64,000 bases of DNA from Escherichia coli (GTDB lineage: Bacteria; Pseudomonadota; Gammaproteobacteria; Enterobacterales; Enterobacteriaceae), in the NCBI RefSeq assembly GCF_044324785.1, contig NZ_CP172127.1; one strand, 5' to 3'. The notes beneath the pieces were generated by a model. That model worked only from the letters and a program-made list of their open reading frames with translations. It ran no database searches and was not told the origin of the DNA. Shown here in pieces: positions 20,906 to 31,459 of the stretch. Position 1 is the first letter of the stretch, and each line of letters begins with the position of its first letter. The translations under genes and the position numbers were made by a program.

Positions 20906-21814
20906 TTAACTTTGCAGATAGCCGCATTCTCGCCGAAATTGCGTGATTAATGACGCGGTCAGTGGTGTCTGGCGACTATCACGCCGCTGAATCAAATAAT
21001 AGGTCGCTTTCGGTAAAATTTCGCTAACCGGCAACATCACCAGCCCCTGTCCGTGCAAGGGATCGCAGCCCATTTCTTCAGGTAGTATGCTGAGAAAATC
21101 GCTTTTTGCCACCAGACTGATACAGGCTGAGAACGTCTCGCAGACTACGCCGACCTGTGGCGTTTGCGCCTGATCGTCAAGCAATTCACTCAAGTGTTTG
21201 TAGTAGCTGCCGTGTGGCGTCGGCATTGTCCAGCTGTAGTCCAGTAACTGTTTGATCGAACGGGCACCAATGGCGGGATGTCCCGGGCGGCAAAAGATCG
21301 CGAATTGTTTTTCCAGTAATTTCTCAAAAGTAAATTCGTGGTCGTAGGGTCCCTGATAATAGGTATTGATGGTGAAATCCAGTTCCCCCTGGCGCAATTC
21401 ATTAATCATCGATACCAGTTGCCCTTCCATAATGCGTACTTTTACCTGCGGATGCTGCTGATGAAAACGAGATATGACAGCTGGCATCAGACTGCGGGAA
21501 ATACTGGCCCCCATGCCGATATTAATTTGCCCTGCCAGTTGCCCTTGTCGTTGGCGAATATCCTCTTGCGCTGCGCGCAGCTCTTCAAGAATAAGACTGG
21601 CGTGCTGATAAAAACTTTCACCGGCATCAGTTAACGTCACGCCTTTACTACGGCGAAAAAAGAGTTGTGCCGCCAACCCTTCTTCCAGCTCCTGAATAGA
21701 TTTACTCAGTGCCGGTTGCGACATATTCAACATTCGGCTCGCTCCGCGAATGCTGCCCTGACGAGCCACTTCAACAAAAGCCCGAATTTGATGAATTTTT
21801 ACCTGAAAAGCCAT
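20906..21814 (-). CDS. abgR: LysR-family regulator AbgR, 302 aa
   Basis: 302-aa LTTR with N-terminal HTH, divergent from abgABT. Confidence 0.85.
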   Translation of the reverse strand: MAFQVKIHQIRAFVEVARQGSIRGASRMLNMSQPALSKSIQELEEGLAAQLFFRRSKGVTLTDAGESFYQHASLILEELRAAQEDIRQRQGQLAGQINIGMGASISRSLMPAVISRFHQQHPQVKVRIMEGQLVSMINELRQGELDFTINTYYQGPYDHEFTFEKLLEKQFAIFCRPGHPAIGARSIKQLLDYSWTMPTPHGSYYKHLSELLDDQAQTPQVGVVCETFSACISLVAKSDFLSILPEEMGCDPLHGQGLVMLPVSEILPKATYYLIQRRDSRQTPLTASLITQFRRECGYLQS

Positions 21815-21989
21815 GACGCCACCGATAACCGTTATTTATCAGACCAAAGAAACTGGCATCTACTTTAATGCAGATGATTGTGTCAGGGTAATTTATGAAC
21901 GGTTAAAACTGTGAAAAATCAGTTAGTGATAAGTAAAAACTATCGCTACGTGAACCGGGTCACACTTTTTACTGATGACGGGAAAGGTT

Positions 21990-23300
21990 ATGGAGTCTTT
22001 GAATCAATTTATTAATTCGCTTGCCCCAAAATTATCGCACTGGCGACGTGATTTTCACCACTATGCAGAGTCTGGCTGGGTGGAATTCCGCACTGCCACC
22101 CTTGTTGCGGAAGAATTGCACCAGCTCGGTTATTCACTGGCGCTGGGCCGCGAAGTAGTTAATGAAAGTAGCCGGATGGGATTACCTGATGAATTCACTC
22201 TACAACGCGAATTCGAGCGCGCTCGTCAACAGGGTGCGCTAGAACAATGGATTGCGGCTTTTGAAGGCGGTTTCACTGGCATCGTCGCTACCCTGGATAC
22301 CGGTCGCCCCGGTCCGGTGATGGCTTTCCGTGTCGATATGGACGCGCTGGATCTCAGTGAAGAACGGGATGTCAGCCATCGCCCCTATCGCGACGGTTTT
22401 GCGTCATGTAACGCCGGAATGATGCATGCCTGTGGTCATGATGGACATACCGCCATTGGGCTTGGGCTGGCGCATACCCTTAAACAGTTCGAGTCCGGAC
22501 TACATGGCGTCATCAAACTGATTTTTCAACCTGCAGAGGAAGGTACGCGTGGCGCGCGGGCGATGGTCGATGCAGGAGTAGTGGATGATGTTGATTATTT
22601 TACTGCCGTGCACATTGGCACTGGTGTACCTGCGGGCACAGTAGTGTGCGGCAGTGATAATTTTATGGCAACCACCAAATTTGACGCGCACTTCACCGGG
22701 ACCGCCGCTCACGCAGGCGCAAAACCAGAAGACGGTCACAATGCCTTGTTGGCGGCAGCACAAGCAACTCTTGCACTGCATGCAATCGCCCCGCACAGCG
22801 AAGGCGCTTCCAGAGTAAACGTGGGCGTTATGCAGGCAGGAAGCGGTCGTAATGTTGTTCCCGCCTCAGCGTTGCTGAAAGTGGAAACACGCGGGGCCAG
22901 CGACGTCATTAATCAATATGTTTTTGACCGTGCACAACAAGCGATTCAGGGCGCAGCAACCATGTATGGTGTCGGCGTTGAAACTCGTCTGATGGGTGCA
23001 GCTACCGCCAGTTCTCCTTCGCCGCAATGGGTCGCATGGTTGCAAAGTCAGGCAGCTCAGGTCGCCGGGGTCAATCAGGCCATTGAACGTGTTGAAGCGC
23101 CTGCGGGTTCCGAAGATGCCACATTAATGATGGCCCGCGTGCAGCAACATCAAGGGCAAGCCTCCTATATGGTGTTTGGCACACAGCTGGCGGCAGGTCA
23201 TCACAACGAAAAATTCGATTTTGACGAGCAGGTTCTCGCTATTGCCGTCGAAACGCTGGCGCGCACCGCGCTCAATTTTCCCTGGACGCGAGGTATCTGA
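21990..23300 (+). CDS. abgA: p-Aminobenzoyl-glutamate hydrolase subunit A (M20 peptidase), about 436 aa
   Basis: M20 family. Start taken at MESLNQF. Confidence 0.85.
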   Translation: MESLNQFINSLAPKLSHWRRDFHHYAESGWVEFRTATLVAEELHQLGYSLALGREVVNESSRMGLPDEFTLQREFERARQQGALEQWIAAFEGGFTGIVATLDTGRPGPVMAFRVDMDALDLSEERDVSHRPYRDGFASCNAGMMHACGHDGHTAIGLGLAHTLKQFESGLHGVIKLIFQPAEEGTRGARAMVDAGVVDDVDYFTAVHIGTGVPAGTVVCGSDNFMATTKFDAHFTGTAAHAGAKPEDGHNALLAAAQATLALHAIAPHSEGASRVNVGVMQAGSGRNVVPASALLKVETRGASDVINQYVFDRAQQAIQGAATMYGVGVETRLMGAATASSPSPQWVAWLQSQAAQVAGVNQAIERVEAPAGSEDATLMMARVQQHQGQASYMVFGTQLAAGHHNEKFDFDEQVLAIAVETLARTALNFPWTRGI

Positions 23301-24745
23301 TGCAGGAAATCTATCGTTTTATCGACGATGCGATTGAAGCCGATCGCCAACGTTATACCGATATTGCCGATCAAATCTGGGATCATCCAGAAACACGTTT
23401 TGAAGAGTTCTGGTCAGCGGAGCATCTGGCTTCGGCGCTGGAGTCTGCAGGCTTCACCGTTACCCGCAACGTAGGCAATATCCCAAATGCCTTTATTGCT
23501 TCGTTTGGTCAAGGCAAACCGGTTATCGCCCTGCTGGGGGAATATGACGCCCTGGCAGGTTTAAGTCAGCAAGCCGGTTGCGCGCAACCTACATCCGCGA
23601 CGCCCGGTGAAAATGGTCACGGTTGCGGACACAATTTGCTGGGAACCGCCGCCTTTGCCGCAGCAATAGCCGTCAAGAAATGGCTGGAACAATATGGGCA
23701 AGGCGGCACGGTGCGCTTTTATGGTTGTCCTGGCGAAGAAGGCGGCTCGGGTAAAACGTTCATGGTCCGCGAGGGGGTATTTGATGATGTGGATGCGGCA
23801 CTCACCTGGCACCCGGAAGCCTTTGCCGGTATGTTCAATACCCGCACGCTGGCAAACATTCAGGCATCATGGCGCTTTAAAGGGATCGCAGCACATGCCG
23901 CGAACTCCCCTCATTTGGGACGCAGCGCCCTTGATGCCGTAACGTTGATGACCACTGGCACCAACTTCCTCAACGAACATATTATTGAAAAAGCGCGCGT
24001 ACACTATGCCATCACAGATAGCGGCGGGATCTCGCCCAACGTGGTCCAGGCGCAGGCAGAAGTGCTTTATCTTATCCGCGCCCCCGAAATGACCGATGTG
24101 CAGCATATTTATGATCGGGTCGCCAAAATCGCCGAAGGTGCGGCATTGATGACCGAAACCACGGTTGAATGCCGCTTCGACAAAGCCTGTTCCAGTTATC
24201 TCCCGAATCGCACCTTAGAAAATGCCATGTACCAGGCCCTATCCCATTTTGGTACCCCGGAATGGAACTGCGAAGAACTGGCTTTTGCGAAACAAATTCA
24301 GGCTACGCTCACCTCCAACGATCGGCAAAACAGTCTGAATAATATCGCCGCAACCGGTGGCGAAAACGGCAAGGTTTTTGCACTACGTCATCGTGAAACG
24401 ATACTGGCGAATGAAGTCGCTCCATATGCCGCCACCGATAACGTGCTTGCGGCATCGACTGATGTCGGCGACGTCAGTTGGAAACTGCCTGTTGCCCAGT
24501 GTTTCAGCCCCTGTTTTGCCGTCGGTACACCGCTACATACGTGGCAACTGGTTAGCCAGGGGCGAACATCTATTGCTCATAAAGGAATGCTGCTGGCGGC
24601 GAAAACTATGGCAGCAACCACAGTCAATCTCTTCATTGATTCAGGGCTATTGCAAGAATGCCAACAAGAGCATCAGCAAGTTACGGACACGCAACCGTAT
24701 CACTGCCCTATCCCGAAAAACGTGACACCGTCACCTTTAAAATAA
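23300..24745 (+). CDS. abgB: p-Aminobenzoyl-glutamate hydrolase subunit B (M20 peptidase), 481 aa
   Basis: 481-aa M20 peptidase. Its start overlaps the abgA stop. Confidence 0.85.
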   Translation: MQEIYRFIDDAIEADRQRYTDIADQIWDHPETRFEEFWSAEHLASALESAGFTVTRNVGNIPNAFIASFGQGKPVIALLGEYDALAGLSQQAGCAQPTSATPGENGHGCGHNLLGTAAFAAAIAVKKWLEQYGQGGTVRFYGCPGEEGGSGKTFMVREGVFDDVDAALTWHPEAFAGMFNTRTLANIQASWRFKGIAAHAANSPHLGRSALDAVTLMTTGTNFLNEHIIEKARVHYAITDSGGISPNVVQAQAEVLYLIRAPEMTDVQHIYDRVAKIAEGAALMTETTVECRFDKACSSYLPNRTLENAMYQALSHFGTPEWNCEELAFAKQIQATLTSNDRQNSLNNIAATGGENGKVFALRHRETILANEVAPYAATDNVLAASTDVGDVSWKLPVAQCFSPCFAVGTPLHTWQLVSQGRTSIAHKGMLLAAKTMAATTVNLFIDSGLLQECQQEHQQVTDTQPYHCPIPKNVTPSPLK

Positions 24746-24775
24746 CAACAACAACGCAAACACAACAAACGAGGA

Positions 24776-26308
24776 ATGCCCATGAGTATGTCATCCATAC
24801 CGTCGTCCTCCCAATCCGGGAAGCTCTATGGCTGGGTCGAAAGAATTGGTAACAAGGTTCCCCATCCTTTTTTGCTCTTTATCTATTTGATTATCGTACT
24901 CATGGTGACGACGGCAATTTTGTCGGCCTTTGGCGTCAGTGCGAAAAACCCGACCGATGGTACGCCGGTGGTCGTGAAAAACCTGCTCAGTGTGGAAGGA
25001 TTACACTGGTTTTTACCCAATGTGATTAAAAACTTTAGCGGTTTTGCTCCACTTGGTGCGATCCTGGCGCTGGTTTTAGGTGCCGGCCTAGCGGAGCGCG
25101 TCGGCTTACTGCCAGCGCTAATGGTTAAAATGGCATCGCATGTGAATGCCCGCTACGCCAGTTATATGGTGCTGTTTATTGCTTTTTTCAGCCACATTTC
25201 TTCCGATGCGGCGTTAGTGATCATGCCACCGATGGGTGCGCTAATTTTTCTGGCGGTGGGCAGGCATCCAGTTGCAGGTTTACTGGCCGCCATTGCAGGC
25301 GTAGGTTGCGGCTTTACGGCTAATTTACTGATTGTCACAACCGACGTGTTGCTGTCGGGGATCAGCACGGAGGCTGCGGCTGCGTTCAATCCGCAAATGC
25401 ACGTCAGTGTAATTGATAACTGGTATTTTATGGCCAGCTCCGTAGTCGTACTGACGATTGTTGGCGGCCTGATAACCGACAAAATCATTGAGCCACGTTT
25501 AGGTCAATGGCAGGGAAACAGCGATGAGAAACTGCAGACATTAACCGAAAGTCAGCGTTTTGGTTTACGCATAGCAGGTGTCGTATCGCTACTTTTTATT
25601 GCTGCGATTGCGCTGATGGTGATCCCGGAAAACGGGATATTGCGCGATCCGATTAATCACACCGTGATGCCATCCCCCTTTATTAAAGGTATCGTGCCAC
25701 TGATCATTCTTTTTTTCTTTGTGGTCTCGCTGGCTTATGGCATCGCTACCCGCACAATTCGACGTCAGGCGGATTTACCGCATTTAATGATTGAACCGAT
25801 GAAAGAGATGGCGGGATTTATCGTGATGGTTTTTCCCCTCGCCCAGTTTGTCGCCATGTTTAACTGGAGCAACATGGGGAAATTCATCGCCGTGGGGCTG
25901 ACCGATATACTGGAAAGTTCAGGGCTTAGCGGCATCCCGGCGTTTGTCGGTCTGGCGTTGCTTTCCTCTTTCTTATGCATGTTTATCGCCAGCGGTTCCG
26001 CAATCTGGTCGATTCTGGCCCCCATTTTCGTACCGATGTTTATGCTACTTGGCTTTCACCCGGCATTTGCGCAAATCCTCTTTCGTATTGCCGACTCATC
26101 CGTATTGCCTTTAGCGCCGGTATCTCCTTTTGTTCCACTGTTTCTTGGATTCCTGCAACGTTACAAACCAGACGCGAAACTGGGTACTTACTATTCGTTA
26201 GTTTTGCCCTATCCACTTATCTTTTTGGTGGTATGGCTGCTGATGTTGCTGGCGTGGTATCTTGTTGGCTTGCCGATAGGTCCGGGTATTTACCCACGTT
26301 TGTCTTAA
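24776..26308 (+). CDS. abgT: p-Aminobenzoyl-glutamate transporter AbgT, about 508-510 aa
   Basis: Polytopic AbgT-family transporter. Confidence 0.85.
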   Translation: MPMSMSSIPSSSQSGKLYGWVERIGNKVPHPFLLFIYLIIVLMVTTAILSAFGVSAKNPTDGTPVVVKNLLSVEGLHWFLPNVIKNFSGFAPLGAILALVLGAGLAERVGLLPALMVKMASHVNARYASYMVLFIAFFSHISSDAALVIMPPMGALIFLAVGRHPVAGLLAAIAGVGCGFTANLLIVTTDVLLSGISTEAAAAFNPQMHVSVIDNWYFMASSVVVLTIVGGLITDKIIEPRLGQWQGNSDEKLQTLTESQRFGLRIAGVVSLLFIAAIALMVIPENGILRDPINHTVMPSPFIKGIVPLIILFFFVVSLAYGIATRTIRRQADLPHLMIEPMKEMAGFIVMVFPLAQFVAMFNWSNMGKFIAVGLTDILESSGLSGIPAFVGLALLSSFLCMFIASGSAIWSILAPIFVPMFMLLGFHPAFAQILFRIADSSVLPLAPVSPFVPLFLGFLQRYKPDAKLGTYYSLVLPYPLIFLVVWLLMLLAWYLVGLPIGPGIYPRLS

Positions 26309-26318
26309 GAGAGAACGG

Positions 26319-26834
26319 ATGCTGAGATTACTTGAAGAAAAAATTGCCACGCCACTGGGTCCACTGAGGGTGATTTGCGATGAGCAATTTCGCCTGCGGG
26401 CGGTTGAATGGGAAGAGTACAGCGAACGCATGGTGCAGCTGCTGGACATCCATTATCGCAAAGAAGGCTATGAGCGCATTTCTGCCACCAACCCAGGTGG
26501 TTTAAGCGACAAGCTTCGTGAATATTTTGCCGGTAATCTTAGCATTATTGATACGCTTCCCACTGCCACGGGGGGGACGCCATTTCAGCGCGAAGTCTGG
26601 AAAACACTGCGCACTATCCCCTGCGGGCAGGTAATGCATTATGGCCAACTGGCTGAACAATTAGGCCGCCCAGGCGCGGCGCGTGCCGTTGGTGCGGCAA
26701 ACGGATCGAATCCCATCAGCATCGTCGTACCTTGCCATCGGGTTATTGGCCGAAACGGCACCATGACCGGATATGCAGGCGGAGTTCAGCGAAAAGAGTG
26801 GTTATTGCGCCACGAAGGTTATCTTTTGCTGTAA
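26319..26834 (+). CDS. ogt: O6-methylguanine-DNA methyltransferase Ogt, 171 aa
   Basis: Active-site PCHRV motif ([13 protein letters not shown]). Confidence 0.9.
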   Translation: MLRLLEEKIATPLGPLRVICDEQFRLRAVEWEEYSERMVQLLDIHYRKEGYERISATNPGGLSDKLREYFAGNLSIIDTLPTATGGTPFQREVWKTLRTIPCGQVMHYGQLAEQLGRPGAARAVGAANGSNPISIVVPCHRVIGRNGTMTGYAGGVQRKEWLLRHEGYLLL

Positions 26835-26995
26835 ACATTAAACAATTTGTGCCAGCTTGTTCACACTTTTATGTAAAGTCACCCTTAACAACTTAAGGGT
26901 TTTCAAATAGATAGACATATATTTACATCTAATATCGGAATTCTCTGCTGTTAAGGTTTGCTTAGACTTACTTGCTCCCTAAAAAGATGTTAAAA

Positions 26996-27009
26996 TTGAC
27001 AAATATCAA
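26996..27009. promoter_or_regulatory. FNR box (TTGAC-aaat-ATCAA) in the fnr promoter, the autoregulation site
   Basis: A match to the TTGAT-N4-ATCAA FNR consensus about 25 bp upstream of the fnr start codon. fnr negative autoregulation is established. Confidence 0.7.
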
Positions 27010-27031
27010 TTACGGCTTGAGCAGACCTATG

Positions 27032-27781
27032 ATCCCGGAAAAGCGAATTATACGGCGCATTCAGTCTGGCGGTTGTGCTATCCATTGCCAGGATTGCAGC
27101 ATCAGCCAGCTTTGCATCCCGTTCACACTCAACGAACATGAGCTTGATCAGCTTGATAATATCATTGAGCGGAAGAAGCCTATTCAGAAAGGCCAGACGC
27201 TGTTTAAGGCTGGTGATGAACTTAAATCGCTTTATGCCATCCGCTCCGGTACGATTAAAAGTTATACCATAACTGAGCAAGGCGACGAGCAAATCACTGG
27301 TTTCCATTTAGCAGGCGACCTGGTGGGATTTGACGCCATCGGCAGCGGCCATCACCCGAGCTTCGCGCAGGCCCTGGAAACCTCGATGGTATGTGAAATC
27401 CCGTTCGAAACGCTGGACGATTTGTCCGGTAAAATGCCGAATCTGCGTCAGCAGATGATGCGTCTGATGAGCGGTGAAATCAAAGGCGATCAGGACATGA
27501 TCCTGCTGTTGTCGAAGAAAAATGCCGAGGAACGTCTGGCTGCATTCATCTACAACCTGTCCCGTCGTTTTGCCCAACGCGGCTTCTCCCCTCGTGAATT
27601 CCGCCTGACGATGACTCGTGGCGATATCGGTAACTATCTGGGCCTGACGGTAGAAACCATCAGCCGTCTGCTGGGTCGCTTCCAGAAAAGCGGTATGCTG
27701 GCAGTCAAAGGTAAATACATCACCATCGAAAATAACGATGCGCTGGCCCAGCTTGCTGGTCATACGCGTAACGTTGCCTGA
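27032..27781 (+). CDS. fnr: Global anaerobic regulator FNR, 250 aa
   Basis: [29 protein letters not shown]... has N-terminal Cys cluster and CRP-family HTH. The ORF-track start at 26972 is too far upstream. Confidence 0.95.
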
Positions 27782-27932
27782 TTTTTCCGCATAACTCACT
27801 ATCCTTCTGTCATATCATTAAATTTTTCTGATTTATTGATCTGACAGAAGGTTCATCACTGTTTCATTCACCAGATATGGGTTAATCTTTTAATTACAAA
27901 CTGCGTTGACAGTTGTTGTAAGGAGACCCTGT

Positions 27933-28883
27933 ATGGCTATGTATCAGAACATGCTCGTTGTTATCGATCCTAACCAGGACGACCAACCAGCATTGCGGCG
28001 AGCTGTTTATTTACATCAACGGATTGGTGGCAAAATTAAAGCCTTTTTGCCGATCTATGACTTCTCATACGAAATGACCACCCTGCTCTCTCCGGACGAA
28101 CGTACCGCTATGCGTCAGGGCGTCATCAGCCAGCGTACAGCCTGGATCCACGAGCAGGCAAAATATTATCTCAATGCTGGCGTTCCCATTGAAATTAAAG
28201 TGGTCTGGCATAACCGTCCTTTCGAAGCCATCATTCAGGAAGTGATCAGCGGCGGGCACGATTTGGTGCTAAAAATGGCGCACCAACATGACCGTCTGGA
28301 AGCGGTGATTTTTACGCCAACGGACTGGCATCTGTTACGCAAATGCCCAAGCCCGGTGTGGATGGTGAAAGACCAGCCGTGGCCGGAAGGGGGTAAGGCG
28401 CTGGTGGCGGTGAATCTCGCCAGTGAAGAGCCGTATCATAATGCGCTCAATGAAAAACTGGTCAAAGAGACGATCGAACTGGCGGAACAAGTCAACCATA
28501 CCGAAGTTCATCTGGTTGGCGCTTATCCGGTAACGCCAATTAATATCGCGATTGAACTGCCGGAATTTGATCCGAGCGTTTATAACGATGCCATTCGTGG
28601 GCAACATTTGCTGGCAATGAAAGCCCTGCGGCAGAAATTCGGCATTAATGAAAACATGACGCACGTAGAAAAAGGTCTGCCAGAAGAGGTGATTCCTGAT
28701 TTGGCGGAGCATTTACAGGCGGGGATTGTGGTTCTGGGCACGGTCGGACGCACCGGTATTTCAGCGGCATTCCTCGGCAACACGGCGGAACAGGTGATTG
28801 ATCATCTTCGCTGCGACCTGCTGGTCATTAAACCTGACCAGTATCAGACACCCGTTGAACTGGATGACGAAGAAGACGATTAA
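27933..28883 (+). CDS. uspE: Universal stress protein E (tandem Usp domains), about 316 aa
   Basis: [17 protein letters not shown]... has two Usp domains and a C-terminal acidic tail DDEEDD. Confidence 0.9.
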   Translation: MAMYQNMLVVIDPNQDDQPALRRAVYLHQRIGGKIKAFLPIYDFSYEMTTLLSPDERTAMRQGVISQRTAWIHEQAKYYLNAGVPIEIKVVWHNRPFEAIIQEVISGGHDLVLKMAHQHDRLEAVIFTPTDWHLLRKCPSPVWMVKDQPWPEGGKALVAVNLASEEPYHNALNEKLVKETIELAEQVNHTEVHLVGAYPVTPINIAIELPEFDPSVYNDAIRGQHLLAMKALRQKFGINENMTHVEKGLPEEVIPDLAEHLQAGIVVLGTVGRTGISAAFLGNTAEQVIDHLRCDLLVIKPDQYQTPVELDDEEDD

Positions 28884-28904
28884 CGACTCTTCAATAACTG
28901 ACAA

Positions 28905-28930
28905 GGCCCGAGTTATCGGGCCTATTTTTT
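28905..28930. terminator. Bidirectional intrinsic terminator shared by uspE (+) and ynaJ (-)
   Basis: GGCCCGAgttaTCGGGCC flanked by an A-tract upstream and T-tract downstream, between two convergent genes. Confidence 0.75.
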
Positions 28931-28932
28931 AC

Positions 28933-29190
28933 TTACTGCTCTTCGCCGCCAAGGAAATAAATTCCCAACGGGATTGCCAGCAACACAGTAAAGACCAGGC
29001 TATAAACAAAAATCATCGATGACTGAATCACATACATTGATGTCGTCCACTCAGACAGCGGAATATTGTACTGTTCTATCACGCCGCCGATGGTCGCGCG
29101 AGTCACAACCGACGCCGCAATAATGAAAACCGCCAACAAACCAAAGAGAAATTTCTTCCCTTTCGCTGACTTCAGTTTCGCCATAATCAT
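28933..29190 (-). CDS. ynaJ: YnaJ (DUF2534 inner-membrane protein), 85 aa
   Basis: 85-aa two-TM ORF. Position matches K-12. Confidence 0.8.
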   Translation of the reverse strand: MIMAKLKSAKGKKFLFGLLAVFIIAASVVTRATIGGVIEQYNIPLSEWTTSMYVIQSSMIFVYSLVFTVLLAIPLGIYFLGGEEQ

Positions 29191-29433
29191 GATGTAATCC
29201 TTGTGCAGACAAATTTCTTGTTACCTAAACGTAACAATACCATGACATTTTACCGTTGTCTGCTCTGAAAACCTTACCTCTTAGCTGGATTTACAATCAA
29301 CGCATTGATTAGTTAGCTAATGTTGCTACTTCCTTCCCTGACTATTGATGATCTGAATGAATTGTCGCGGTAAAATAGCCCCGCCAGGGGTTTCCGGCAT
29401 GACGACAATTATCTGGAGGAGCCTGATAAAACA

Positions 29434-30465
29434 ATGATCGCTGAACTGTTTACAAATAATGCGCTTAATCTGGTCATTATTTTCGGTAGCTGCGCAGCAT
29501 TGATTCTGATGAGCTTTTGGTTTCGCCGCGGAAATCGTAAAAGAAAAGGTTTTTTATTCCATGCGGTGCAATTTTTAATCTACACCATAATTATCAGTGC
29601 TGTTGGTAGCATCATTAATTATGTTATAGAAAACTATAAACTCAAATTTATCACCCCAGGCGTTATCGATTTTATCTGTACGTCCCTGATTGCGGTTATT
29701 CTGACGATTAAGCTATTTCTGCTGATTAATCAGTTTGAAAAACAGCAGATTAAAAAAGGTCGCGATATCACCAGTGCGCGGATTATGTCGCGTATCATCA
29801 AAATCACCATTATTGTGGTGCTTGTTCTGCTTTATGGCGAACATTTCGGCATGAGCCTTTCTGGCTTGTTGACCTTTGGTGGTATTGGTGGTCTGGCTGT
29901 CGGTATGGCCGGTAAAGATATTCTGAGTAACTTCTTTTCCGGGATTATGCTCTATTTCGACCGTCCTTTTAGTATTGGCGACTGGATCCGTTCACCGGAC
30001 AGAAATATCGAAGGTACAGTAGCGGAAATTGGCTGGCGAATTACCAAAATTACGACCTTTGATAATCGTCCATTGTACGTACCGAACTCGCTGTTTTCGT
30101 CAATCAGCGTAGAAAACCCTGGACGAATGACCAACCGGCGCATTACCACGACCATTGGTTTACGTTATGAGGATGCGGCAAAAGTGGGCGCTATTGTCGA
30201 AGCCGTACGTGAGATGCTGAAAAATCACCCGGCCATCGACCAGCGACAAACCCTACTGGTTTATTTCAACCAGTTTGCTGACTCTTCATTGAATATTATG
30301 GTTTATTGCTTTACCAAAACCACGGTATGGGCTGAATGGCTTGCTGCACAGCAAGACGTTTATTTGAAGATTATCGATATTGTACAGTCACACGACGCGG
30401 ACTTTGCCTTCCCCAGCCAGACGCTGTATATGGATAACATTACACCGCCGGACCAGGGTCGCTAA
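29434..30465 (+). CDS. ynaI: MscS-family low-conductance mechanosensitive channel YnaI, 343 aa
   Basis: 343 aa with N-terminal TM helices followed by an MscS beta-domain. Confidence 0.85.
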   Translation: MIAELFTNNALNLVIIFGSCAALILMSFWFRRGNRKRKGFLFHAVQFLIYTIIISAVGSIINYVIENYKLKFITPGVIDFICTSLIAVILTIKLFLLINQFEKQQIKKGRDITSARIMSRIIKITIIVVLVLLYGEHFGMSLSGLLTFGGIGGLAVGMAGKDILSNFFSGIMLYFDRPFSIGDWIRSPDRNIEGTVAEIGWRITKITTFDNRPLYVPNSLFSSISVENPGRMTNRRITTTIGLRYEDAAKVGAIVEAVREMLKNHPAIDQRQTLLVYFNQFADSSLNIMVYCFTKTTVWAEWLAAQQDVYLKIIDIVQSHDADFAFPSQTLYMDNITPPDQGR

Positions 30466-30515
30466 ATCAGACATCACTGGCGTTATCCACAAGGGTAACG
30501 CCAGTTCCCATTACA

Positions 30516-30691
30516 TCAATGCTTCACAATATACATAGTCCGACTGTACGCCACATCTTCAGGGTTATTAATGGGATAACCTTTCAGCCACGGCTTGATT
30601 AATCGTCCATTGGTATATTGATAAATTGGTGCAATCGGTGCTTGCTCCATGAGGATTTTTTCTGCCGCATTGTAATCGGCATTACGCGCTT
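30516..30691 (-). pseudogene. mppA: mppA 3' fragment (C-terminal 57 codons) severed by IS1
   Basis: The minus-strand translation ...RNADYNAAEKILMEQAPIAPIYQYTNGRLIKPWLKGYPINNPEDVAYSRTMYIVKH* continues the MppA frame across the IS1 insertion. Confidence 0.8.
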
Positions 30692-30746
30692 GGTGATGCT
30701 GCCAACTTACTGATTTAGTGTATGATGGTGTTTTTGAGGTGCTCCA

Positions 30747-31022
30747 GTGGCTTCTGTTTCTATCAGCTGTCCCTCCTGTTCAGCTACTGACGGGGTGGTG
30801 CGTAACGGCAAAAGCACCGCCGGACATCAGCGCTATCTCTGCTCTCACTGCCGTAAAACATGGCAACTGCAGTTCACTTACACCGCTTCTCAACCCGGTA
30901 CGCACCAGAAAATCATTGATATGGCCATGAATGGCGTTGGATGCCGGGCAACTGCCCGCATTATGGGCGTTGGCCTCAACACGATTTTACGTCACTTAAA
31001 AAACTCAGGCCGCAGTCGGTAA
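30747..31022 (+). CDS. insA: IS1 InsA, 91 aa
   Basis: [40 protein letters not shown]... matches canonical InsA. Confidence 0.95.
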
Positions 31023-31444
31023 CCTCGCGCATACAGCCGGGCAGTGACGTCATCGTCTGCGCGGAAATGGACGAACAGTGGGGCTATGTCGGGGCTAAAT
31101 CGCGCCAGCGCTGGCTGTTTTACGCGTATGACAGTCTCCGGAAGACGGTTGTTGCGCACGTATTCGGTGAACGCACTATGGCGACGCTGGGGCGTCTTAT
31201 GAGCCTGCTGTCACCCTTTGACGTGGTGATATGGATGACGGATGGCTGGCCGCTGTATGAATCCCGCCTGAAGGGAAAGCTGCACGTAATCAGCAAGCGA
31301 TATACGCAGCGAATTGAGCGGCATAACCTGAATCTGAGGCAGCACCTGGCACGGCTGGGACGGAAGTCGCTGTCGTTTTCAAAATCGGTGGAGCTGCATG
31401 ACAAAGTCATCGGGCATTATCTGAACATAAAACACTATCAATAA
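30941..31444 (+). CDS. insB: IS1 InsB frame; transposase InsAB' is made by a -1 frameshift
   Basis: The 167-aa frame overlaps insA, the standard IS1 organisation. Confidence 0.9.
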
Positions 31445-31459
31445 GTTGGAGTCATTACC

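Larger units (their letters stand above)
30692..31459 (+). mobile_element. IS1 (768 bp) with 9-bp target site duplication TACGCGCTT
   Basis: IS1 terminal inverted repeats GGTGATGCTGCCAACTTACTGAT ... ATCAGTAAGTTGGAGTCATTACC. Direct repeats lie at 30683-30691 and 31460-31468. Confidence 0.95.

Noticed and set aside
29295-29310. Palindrome AATCAA-cgca-TTGATT in the ynaJ/ynaI divergent region, considered as an FNR box
   Set aside because: The half-sites are in the inverse arrangement (ATCAA-N4-TTGAT rather than TTGAT-N4-ATCAA), so it is not an FNR/CRP-family site. It may still bind something, but I cannot assign it.
30718-30930. 70-aa plus-strand ORF at the IS1 left end
   Set aside because: It overlaps insA in another frame inside a fully recognisable IS1. 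Not a gene.
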